This document shows positions 56,564-64,000 of a stretch of DNA of 64,000 nucleotides, piece by piece; the stretch's first letter is position 1; every line of letters begins with the position of its first letter. The translations under genes and the position numbers were made by a program. The notes under the pieces were generated by a model, which saw only the letters and a program-made list of their open reading frames with translations, did not search any database and was not told where the DNA came from. Origin of the DNA: an uncultured delta proteobacterium. GTDB lineage: Bacteria > Myxococcota > Kuafuiibacteriia > Kuafuiibacteriales > Kuafuiibacteriaceae. The DNA is taken from assembly GCA_963803435.1 (NCBI GenBank), contig CAWDML010000009.1, positions 320,001-384,000 of the forward strand. Direction: 5' to 3'.

Positions 56564-56781
56564 TCAGTTACGGGCCGGATGCGGGCTCGGCCGCGTTTCC
56601 ACCCGGGTGACGAAGCTGATCTCGAGCGGGTCGCCGGGGCCAGGACGTCCTCGCGCGGCAGGCACACCTGGTAGGTCCCGTCGGTGGGGCTCATCTCGGA
56701 GGTGATGATGTGCGCCCTCTCGTCGGGCCCGCGGAAGCACCGGGCCCAATCTCGAGAAGGGAGACCGCATCCGGGCGCTCG
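56564..56781 (-). pseudogene. Remnant of a paralog of the adjacent vWA lipoprotein, cut by the IS end
   Basis: CFRGPDERAHIITSEMSP vs CFRGPDPSTRIVDSETMDP; GDPLEISFV vs GEDIEIHFV. Confidence 0.55.
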
Positions 56782-56867
56782 GAGCGTGTAGCGCGTAAGC
56801 GCTCACGCGACCCCGGTCCGGGTCCCGGTCCCGGTCCGGGTCCCGATCTGAAGATGGCTGCCTTGAG

Positions 56868-58304
56868 TCAGACGCTCGCGACGGTCGCGAGCTTCGATCG
56901 GTAGAGCTTGAGCAGGTTGTGGGTGAGGCAGACGAGCGTCCCCTCGGCTCGTACCTTGAAGAAGGAGCGGAGCGAGAACCGGCGGAATCCTCGTGCCCCT
57001 TTGATCTGTCCGAGCGCCGGTTCGACGATACTCTTCCTGCGGGCGTAGACCGCCTGGCCGTCGCGCGTTTGCAACTTGTCTCGCATTCGCTTGCGAGCGA
57101 GCGAGGCAGGTGTGGGCTCCGAAGCTGATGAGGACGGAGTCGACGCGTCTTGGTTCTGTTCGCGTCCAACAGCGATGTGGGCATCGATCTGATTGTTGTC
57201 GCAGAATTCGATGTTGGTCGCGCTCAGATAGCCGTTGTCTGCCGTCATCTTCCGCGGAGCATCGCCGCAGTTGCCGAACACATCACGGAGCATCGGGACG
57301 AGGTGTTGCTGATCAGGTGCCTGGTTGCTGACCCCTTCGGCGACAATCACCTGAGCGTGCTCATCTACGACAACTTGGGCATTGTAGGCCTGGAGGTACG
57401 CTCCCTCCTTCAACATGATCCTGCTGTCTGAGTCGGTGAAGTTCCTCTGAGCGTTGGGCCTCGGTGTGCCGTCCACATTTGCAGGAACGCGATGATGCGG
57501 CCATCCATCATTTCGTTCAGTTGGGTCTGGGGATGGTTCGAGCTGGTCAGCCTGCGCTCTTGCCTTCTCGGCTCGAGTTCTCGCTCGCTTCTGCTCCACC
57601 CGATCCACAAGAGCATCATCCGCTTTGCTCTGCTGCTCTTCGGCTTGCCTGCGCAATTTCTCCGCGCGAGCCCTGGCGGCATCCTGTTCCAGCGCAGCCT
57701 TCGCTTCTCGAATGCGGGCAAGGCGGGATTCACGGTGAGCGAGCTCCGCTGGGATGTCCTCTTCAGTCTCTTCAACGCCCAGCCGCTCGTCTTCCTCTTG
57801 GTCGATCGTGCGCGCTCGCTCCAGCAGTTCTTCGATCTCGAGAGACAGCCGCTTCTCCTCCTCGGCCATCCGCTCGTAGGTCATCGCCTTGTGCTTGCTC
57901 GCGTTCGCCTGCACCTTCGAGCCATCGAGTGCGACGTGTCCGAGCCGCACCAAACCTGCTTTCTGGCAAAGCTTCAGGGCTTCGAGGAAGAGCGCTTTCA
58001 GTGCCTCCAGGTGGACGAGCCGAAACTCGTTGATCGTCGTGAAGTGGGGATGACTTTCTCCAGCCAGCACCCGGAATGGAATGTCTTGGTAGGTCGCCCG
58101 CGCGATCCTCCGCGACGAATAGATGCCGGTGCAGTAGGCGTACAGAAGCAGCGCGATCATCATTCGAGGCGAGTACGGTCGCTCGCCTCGCGGGTCCTTC
58201 TCGGAGTCCAAGAACGGTATTGCTTCGCCACGAAACCATGGGATCAAGTCCAGGCGTCGAAGTCGATCCGCCCAACGATCGATCCCAGACGAAACGACCT
58301 CCAA
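56868..58304 (-). CDS. IS1182-family DDE transposase (N-terminus atypical or truncated)
   Basis: LLYAY..GIYSSRRI, ALDGSK, TDSDSRIM, ADNGY, RRKSIVEP..GQIK. Confidence 0.9.
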   Translation of the reverse strand: MEVVSSGIDRWADRLRRLDLIPWFRGEAIPFLDSEKDPRGERPYSPRMMIALLLYAYCTGIYSSRRIARATYQDIPFRVLAGESHPHFTTINEFRLVHLEALKALFLEALKLCQKAGLVRLGHVALDGSKVQANASKHKAMTYERMAEEEKRLSLEIEELLERARTIDQEEDERLGVEETEEDIPAELAHRESRLARIREAKAALEQDAARARAEKLRRQAEEQQSKADDALVDRVEQKRARTRAEKARAQADQLEPSPDPTERNDGWPHHRVPANVDGTPRPNAQRNFTDSDSRIMLKEGAYLQAYNAQVVVDEHAQVIVAEGVSNQAPDQQHLVPMLRDVFGNCGDAPRKMTADNGYLSATNIEFCDNNQIDAHIAVGREQNQDASTPSSSASEPTPASLARKRMRDKLQTRDGQAVYARRKSIVEPALGQIKGARGFRRFSLRSFFKVRAEGTLVCLTHNLLKLYRSKLATVASV

Positions 58305-58350
58305 GAACTTCTGCTGGTCAAAGTGGACGAGCTACCGCAAGCTAGCTTGC

Positions 58351-58718
58351 ATGGTCACTTTCGATCACGAGAAGCTCGAGGCCTACCAGCTCGCCGTCGA
58401 GTAGGCCGACATCGCTGAAGAGATCGCACAAGAACTGCAACCCGGTTACGCTCACGTCCGCGATCAGCTTCGGCGGGCATCCGATTCCATCGTGAACAAC
58501 ACCGCCGAGGCGCCGGAGAGTTCAATCCACCTGAGAAGGCTCGCTTCTACCGGATGGCACTTCGCTCTGGCACCGAAAGCGCCGCCTCACTCCATACCTG
58601 CTTGAGGCGCCGACTCGCCAACGAGCAGCAGGTCCAAGCCGCCAGAGCCAAGCTCAAGCGCGTTGTCGAGATGCTCACGCGCCTCATCAAGTCGATGAAC
58701 GCACGCCGGGCTGCATGA
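58351..58718 (+). pseudogene. Four-helix-bundle (23S rRNA IVP/Avd-like) protein with amber at codon 18 and 1-nt deletion ~58510
   Basis: FDHEKLEAYQ, DQLRRASDSI..N.AE, ARFYRMALRSGTE, VEMLTRLI. Confidence 0.85.
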
Positions 58719-58788
58719 TCGCCATCGGGACCCGGACCGGGACCGGGACCCGGACCGGGCTCGCGGTAGCGCTACGCGCTACACCCTC

Positions 58789-61080
58789 CTAGTTACACCC
58801 CATCTCGAACGCCACGCCCGTCTGCGAGTAGGCGTTGCCGGTGAGCAGCGGCTGCGAGCCGCAGTCGACGTAGATGTCCGCCTGCGCGTTGGTGCGGAAC
58901 TGGCTGTTCGTCACCGACACGCGCCCGTCGGTGGCCAGCAGCGTGAGCGCGCCGTGGACGCCCGCGAGGGGCTGGCCCGCGCCGGCCAGGAGGAGGCCGT
59001 CGATCTGGGTGCCCTGGAGGACCTGCGGTCCGAGGAGGAGGCCGCCCCAGTCTCCGGCGCCCGGAGCGTTCTGTGCGCTCTGCATCGTCACCGACCCGCC
59101 GATGCGGAGCGCGCCGGGCTCCGAGAGCCCGACGGTGATGAGCGCGCCGTCGTCGAACAACAGATCGAGACCCGGGTCGAGCTCGAGCAGCGGGCCGTTC
59201 GGGCCCTCGACCGAGACGGTACCGCGGACGCGCCAGGGCACGTCCTGCCGGGACCAGACGCCGTCGCGGGTGACGAGGTTGCCGGTGATCCGGTTGAAGG
59301 GGACGCGGTCGTAGGTCTGGGGCGACTGGACGCTCGCCACCGCGGAGGCGGCGAAGTCGAGCCCGGCGTCCGAGTCGCGGAAGACGTTGTCGCTGAGGGC
59401 CTCGAACTCGAAGTCGCCGCCGGCGGCGATGCCGGCCTGCGCGCAGGACTCGAACACAGAGCGCACGATCGAGATGGGCCGCGGGCTCGGGCCCCGGACG
59501 GTGAGACAGCCCTTGGCGTCGAGCTCGATCTGTCCGCCGTGGCGGATGATCACGCGATCGAGGCGAGAGCCGCTGGTGGCGTTGCCGCCGAAGACCACGC
59601 CGCGCCAGGCGCCCCGACCCGGGTTCGGGCTCGACGACTCGAGCACCACCGGGTCCGCGTCGGTGCCCAGCGCGACCAGCCCGCCGCTGGCGGCCGAGCC
59701 GATCTGGAGCCAGCTCGAGGGCCCAAAGCGCATGCACACGCCGGGCTGAAGCCTGAGGATCGGGTTCTCTGCGCCCTGGACCGTGATGCTGTCCTTGATC
59801 GTGAACGGGACGGACTGGCCGACCCAGACCGCATTGCGCCCGATCTCGTCGCCGTCGATCGCGTTGGTGAGCACGCCCGAGAACGTCTGCGCGCTGGTGA
59901 TGCTGCCGACGGCGCGCGCGTCGAGCCACAGGCCCACGCTCGAGTCGGCGAACGTGTTGCCCTCGAGACGGGCGAAGCGGAACAGCGGATCGGAGGCGCC
60001 GATGCCGGCCTGCTCGCAGGCCTCGAAGCGCGAGGCGGTCACGGAGATCGGCGTGGTGCCGCGGACCGTCAGGCAGCCCCGCACGTCCTCACCGCGGCGG
60101 CCGCCGCCCTTCAGCACCACGTGGTCGAGCGAGGTGCGGACGTCGGCGGCCGCGCCGATCACGAGCCCGTGCCAGCCGCCGGCGTTGCTCGCCTCCATGA
60201 TCACGGGGGCGTCGTCGGAGCCGTGGATGGTGATCGCTCCAGGGAGGTCGTCCCCGATGATCATCCACGTGCTCTGATCGAAGCGGAGGTGGAGCCCGGC
60301 CTCGAGCGCCAGCACCGGGATCGTCTCGCCCTGCACGGCGATGTTGCCGCGGACCATCCACGGCACCGGCTGCGCGAGCCAGGTTGCAGACTCCGAGATG
60401 GTGCCGCCTCGGATCTCGTTCACCGCCACGTTCTCCAGCGCCAGCGGGACGGTGAGGCCGGCGACGTTGCGGGCGGCCAGGCTGATGCCGAACTTGGCGT
60501 CGGCCACCTCGACGGGCGGCGTCAGCTCGTACGAGGGCACGTCGATCCAGAAGCCGGCGCTCGAGCAGCCCTCGACGCGGATCGCCTCCAGCTTGACCGC
60601 GCCGGGCGCGGTGTTGTCGAGCGTGATGCAGCCGCCCGAGGTTCCGGCGGAGTTCTGCACCACGGCGTGTCGGATCACGCTGCCGGGGAGGGTCGAGCTC
60701 TTGAAGACCACGCCGGCCCAGCGGCCGCCCGTGTCGTCCTCGGGCGCGAGCGAGGTGAGCAGGACCTTCTTGTCCTCGCTCCCGAGGATCTCGAGCCGCC
60801 CGTCGCTCTCGCTGCCCACGGTGATGCCCGTGCCGGGCTCGAAGCGGAGCTCGGTGCCGGCGGCGATGCTCAGCGTGGCGCCGTCCCGGACGGCCAGCGG
60901 GACCTCGACGAGGTACGCGTCACAGAAGGCGCCGCCCAGCACGGTGTCCTGGTGGATGTCGGCTGAGAGCCGGCAGGGCTCGACCCCGCCGTCGAGGCGG
61001 CCGCCGTCGCCGGCGAGCTGGGTGGCCTCACAGCCGGTGAGGAGCGCACAAGCCCAGAGAATGACGTGTCGAACGCCCAA
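58789..61080 (-). CDS. Lipoprotein with repeated right-handed beta-helix-like modules
   Basis: LTGC lipobox; recurring W..Q.VP and W.G motifs; TAG stop lies within the CTAG at the IS end. Confidence 0.75.
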   Translation of the reverse strand: MGVRHVILWACALLTGCEATQLAGDGGRLDGGVEPCRLSADIHQDTVLGGAFCDAYLVEVPLAVRDGATLSIAAGTELRFEPGTGITVGSESDGRLEILGSEDKKVLLTSLAPEDDTGGRWAGVVFKSSTLPGSVIRHAVVQNSAGTSGGCITLDNTAPGAVKLEAIRVEGCSSAGFWIDVPSYELTPPVEVADAKFGISLAARNVAGLTVPLALENVAVNEIRGGTISESATWLAQPVPWMVRGNIAVQGETIPVLALEAGLHLRFDQSTWMIIGDDLPGAITIHGSDDAPVIMEASNAGGWHGLVIGAAADVRTSLDHVVLKGGGRRGEDVRGCLTVRGTTPISVTASRFEACEQAGIGASDPLFRFARLEGNTFADSSVGLWLDARAVGSITSAQTFSGVLTNAIDGDEIGRNAVWVGQSVPFTIKDSITVQGAENPILRLQPGVCMRFGPSSWLQIGSAASGGLVALGTDADPVVLESSSPNPGRGAWRGVVFGGNATSGSRLDRVIIRHGGQIELDAKGCLTVRGPSPRPISIVRSVFESCAQAGIAAGGDFEFEALSDNVFRDSDAGLDFAASAVASVQSPQTYDRVPFNRITGNLVTRDGVWSRQDVPWRVRGTVSVEGPNGPLLELDPGLDLLFDDGALITVGLSEPGALRIGGSVTMQSAQNAPGAGDWGGLLLGPQVLQGTQIDGLLLAGAGQPLAGVHGALTLLATDGRVSVTNSQFRTNAQADIYVDCGSQPLLTGNAYSQTGVAFEMGCN

Positions 61081-61202
61081 GCCCTCCCTCCATACTATGG
61101 AGGGGCGCAGCCGGGAGCCAAAACCGTTCGATGCGCTCGGAGTAACCCTCCTCGCGCGCGCAGGCTCGCAAGTTGCGTTGCCATTTTCGGAGAGCGGTCG
61201 GT

Positions 61203-62336
61203 ATGAGCCCCATGATGCGGTCGAGGTACGTCGCTCTGGTCGGTCTGCTCACCGCGGTCGGTTGCAGCGGAGGCGGTGACGACGAGGGCACCACGGATGC
61301 CCAGCCGATGGAGGACGCAGCCGGCGACGCGGGCGTCCGCGACACCGGTGGCCCGCCCGACAGCGGCGTGGTCCCGGACAGCGGCTTCGACGGCGGCTTC
61401 GCGGATCCCAATACCGTCGCCGAGGGCTACGAGGACGTCCAGGGCACCCGGACCTTCGTGCACGTTCGCGGCACCGTGACCTCGACGCTCCCGCCTTTGA
61501 TCGTGCTCCCCACCGGCCCGCACCAGGGCGGCGTCTCCGGCTTCTTCGGTCATCTCGGCGGAGGCATCGGGCACGAGTACCTGCCCGAGCACCTCGACTT
61601 CCTGCTGCCCCATCGCCTGATGATCTACTTCGACTTCAAGGCCACCGGACGGAGCGGCTTCGGCACCGTCGGCACCGCCACCATCAGCGTCGACGTCCAC
61701 GTCCTGCAGGTCGCCGAGGTCCTGGACTGGGCCTCCGAGAAGTTCTCCATCGACACCAGCAAGGTGGACGTCCTCGGTCACGGCTACGGCGCCGGCATCG
61801 GGGCCGTCTTCGCGGCCCGGAACCCGAGCCGCGTCGATCGCCTGGTGCTCCTCGATCCCATGGGCGCCAACGTCCAGCAGTACGCGCAGGCGATCGCCGA
61901 TCTGCAGGCCAGGTTGACGAGCTCCGATCGCACGCTGCTCGACACGATCACCCGCGAGCCCGACTGCATCGGCGACGGCAGCAACTGCACCGTCGAGGTC
62001 TGGCGGATCCTGGCGCCCCGGCTCGGGTGCCAGGGCAACGAGTCGCGCGTGAACACGCTGGTCTTCGCCTACGGCGAGCTGCGCACGTTCGACTTCCTCT
62101 TCCGCGACCTCACCAACCATCGGTACGACTGGGGGCCGATCCTTCCCCAGATCACCGCCGACACCACGGTCATCTCCGGGCCGTGCGACCCCACGCCGGC
62201 CGGCGCCGCGCTGACCTACACCGCCAGCATCGCCGGCGCCCGCCACGACATCCTCACCGGCACCGGCCACTGGCCCATGGTGGAGGACACGATCGAGTTC
62301 CGTCGCTCGGTGGGGCGCGCGCTCCAGCGTCCCTAG
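61203..62336 (+). CDS. Lipoprotein alpha/beta hydrolase fold (proline iminopeptidase-like), nucleophile apparently lost
   Basis: AVGC lipobox; GHGYG in place of GHSxG; C-terminal GH. Confidence 0.75.
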   Translation: MSPMMRSRYVALVGLLTAVGCSGGGDDEGTTDAQPMEDAAGDAGVRDTGGPPDSGVVPDSGFDGGFADPNTVAEGYEDVQGTRTFVHVRGTVTSTLPPLIVLPTGPHQGGVSGFFGHLGGGIGHEYLPEHLDFLLPHRLMIYFDFKATGRSGFGTVGTATISVDVHVLQVAEVLDWASEKFSIDTSKVDVLGHGYGAGIGAVFAARNPSRVDRLVLLDPMGANVQQYAQAIADLQARLTSSDRTLLDTITREPDCIGDGSNCTVEVWRILAPRLGCQGNESRVNTLVFAYGELRTFDFLFRDLTNHRYDWGPILPQITADTTVISGPCDPTPAGAALTYTASIAGARHDILTGTGHWPMVEDTIEFRRSVGRALQRP

Positions 62337-63518
62337 TCAGCTGGATCACTGATTTCTAGCGCATTTATCCGCGGTGGACCTGCTTTGTGCGTCTGCCGAA
62401 ATCCATGATCTTGTCGAGGATCTCGTCGGCCGTCTTCGTCCATACGAAGGGCTTGCCTTCTTCGTTGTGCACTTCGACGTAGTCGACGATCGCCTTGCGA
62501 AGTACCGGGACGCTGGTGTGGGAGCCGCGAGTGAGTGCTTCCTCGGTCAGCAGTGCGAAGAACCGTTCCACCAGGTTTAGCCATGAGGAATAGGTTGGTG
62601 TGAAGTGGAGCTGGAAGCGCGGATTGCGTAGCAGCCACCTCTTAACCTGTGGAGTCTTGTGCGTCGCGAGGTTGTCGAGGATGACGTGAACGTCAAGTTC
62701 CGGCTCTACCGCGTTGTCGATCGTCCCGAGGAATGCGACGAAGTCCTTCGCTCGGTGTCGTGCCTTGGTCTGCGCGATGACCTTGCCCGTGGCGACGTTG
62801 AGGGCGGCGAAGAGGTCGAGCGTTCCGTGGCGGATGTAGTTGTGGGTCTGTCGCTCGGGCATCCCGAGATCCATCGGAAGGATCGGTTGAGCACGCTCCA
62901 GCGCCTGGACCTGCGGCTTCTCGTCGAAGGAGAACACGACAGCGTTGTCGGGCGGGCTCATGTACAGACCGACGACGTCGCGAATCTTCGAGATGAACTG
63001 CGGATCGTTCGACAACTTGAAACCGCGAACGACGTGGGGCTTGAGGCCATGCGCCCGCCAGATCCGTCCGACGCTACTGGCGCTCACCCCGGCATTCTTT
63101 GCCATCTTCCGCGTGCTCCAATGCGTACGGCCCTTCGGCGTCGTTTCCAGCGTTTGCACCACGATCTCTTCAACCTGATCATCACTGATCTTTCGCGGAG
63201 CGCCGACGCGAGGCTGGTCGTACAGCCCCTCGAGACGGCACTCCGCAAACCGCCTTCTCCACAGACGAACGGTGTGGTGAGACACGTGATGGTTCCGCGC
63301 CACCGCCGCATCGGTCGCGCCAGTGGAACTGCTCAGCACCAGTTTCGCGCGAAGTGCCAGCTGTCGATTCGACCGCACGCGACGAGTCAATCGTTCGAGC
63401 TCGCGCTGTTCGTCGTCAGTCAGCGTGATCTCCGTTTTTCGAGGTCCTTTGTTCGCCCCCACGAACCACGTAGATCACACAAAGGATCTACACGCTAGAG
63501 ATTTTGGACCCGGCTGAC
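62336..63518 (-). mobile_element. IS630-family insertion sequence
   Basis: Imperfect ~26-bp TIRs GTCAGC..TCTAGCG; TA duplication at 62334-35 and 63519-20. Confidence 0.92.
62365..63462 (-). CDS. IS630 transposase
   Basis: HTH, DEKPQ, DNLATH, SWLNLVE, FVWT. Confidence 0.95.
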   Translation of the reverse strand: MGANKGPRKTEITLTDDEQRELERLTRRVRSNRQLALRAKLVLSSSTGATDAAVARNHHVSHHTVRLWRRRFAECRLEGLYDQPRVGAPRKISDDQVEEIVVQTLETTPKGRTHWSTRKMAKNAGVSASSVGRIWRAHGLKPHVVRGFKLSNDPQFISKIRDVVGLYMSPPDNAVVFSFDEKPQVQALERAQPILPMDLGMPERQTHNYIRHGTLDLFAALNVATGKVIAQTKARHRAKDFVAFLGTIDNAVEPELDVHVILDNLATHKTPQVKRWLLRNPRFQLHFTPTYSSWLNLVERFFALLTEEALTRGSHTSVPVLRKAIVDYVEVHNEEGKPFVWTKTADEILDKIMDFGRRTKQVHRG

Positions 63519-63521
63519 TAG

Positions 63522-64000
63522 GAGCGTGTAGCGCGTAGCGCTACCGCGAGCCCGGTCCGGGTCCCGGTCCCGGTCCGGGTCCCGATGGCGATCATGCAGC
63601 CCGGCGTGCGTTCATCGACTTGATGAGGCGCGTGAGCATCTCGACAACGCGCTTGAGCTTGGCTCTGGCGGCTTGGACCTTCTGCTCGTTGGCGAGTCGG
63701 CGCCTCGAGCAGGTATGGAGTGAGGCGGCGCTTTCGGTGCCAGAGCGAAGTGCCATCCGGTAGAAGCGAGCCTTCTCAGGTGGATTGAACTCTCCGGCGC
63801 CTCGGCGGTGTTGTTCACGATGGAATCGGATGCCCGCCGAAGCTGATCGCGGACGTGAGCGTAACCGGGTTGCAGTTCTTGTGCGATCTCTTCAGCGATG
63901 TCGGCCTACTCGACGGCGAGCTGGTAGGCCTCGAGCTTCTCGTGATCGAAAGTGACCATGCAAGCTGGCTTGCGGTAGCTCGTCCACTTTGACCAGCAGA
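63522..64000 (+). mobile_element. Second, inverted copy of the IS1182/four-helix-bundle element (partial; runs off window)
   Basis: 63518-64000 is the reverse complement of 58310-58792 with ~4 substitutions. Confidence 0.88.
63592..63959 (-). pseudogene. Four-helix-bundle gene copy 2 (same amber and frameshift)
   Basis: Near-identical to 58351-58718. Confidence 0.85.

Larger units (their letters stand above)
56782..58788 (-). mobile_element. IS1182-family element with ~65-bp TIRs and a four-helix-bundle passenger
   Basis: TIRs at 56782-56847 and 58724-58788; flanks CTCG and CTAG; lower GC interior. Confidence 0.82.

Noticed and set aside
58402-58404. Amber recoding (pyrrolysine or readthrough) in the passenger gene
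   Set aside because: The gene also has a frameshift, and TAG is a normal stop elsewhere in the window
58351-58718. Diversity-generating retroelement (Avd-like gene plus near-identical repeat pair)
   Set aside because: No reverse transcriptase in the window; differences between copies are few and not adenine-specific; IS duplication explains the repeat

Overview
High-GC (~70%) bacterial chromosomal segment, most likely Myxococcota: it has a MYXO-CTERM-like tail, many Cys-rich and vWA lipoproteins, a PEGA pseudokinase and DUF1844. Most of it is housekeeping: infC-rpmI-rplT, ftsH, a moxR-DUF58-batABDE operon, tRNA-Gln-prs-rplY-pth-rpsF-rplI-dnaB (no rpsR), cinA-recA-orphan DNA methyltransferase, pccB, a MacAB-like exporter and beta-oxidation genes. 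Many genes are frameshifted. Seven of these shifts are the same GATC->GAATC/GATTC insertion, which suggests long-read errors at modified GATC sites rather than real pseudogenes. Four signals stand out. (1) An IS1182-type element with ~65-bp terminal inverted repeats and a four-helix-bundle (Avd/IVP-like) passenger gene occurs as two inverted copies; each abuts the CTAG amber stop of one of two bracketed genes, and an IS630 is nested in one of those CTAGs. (2) A 51-bp structured repeat is inserted in-frame in coding sequence (recA C-terminus and a lipoprotein signal peptide), read in different frames. (3) A candidate ~115-nt sigma54-driven small RNA or attenuator lies at 37.1-37.2 kb. (4) The GATC error signature itself. 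All calls are by eye; no database searches were run.
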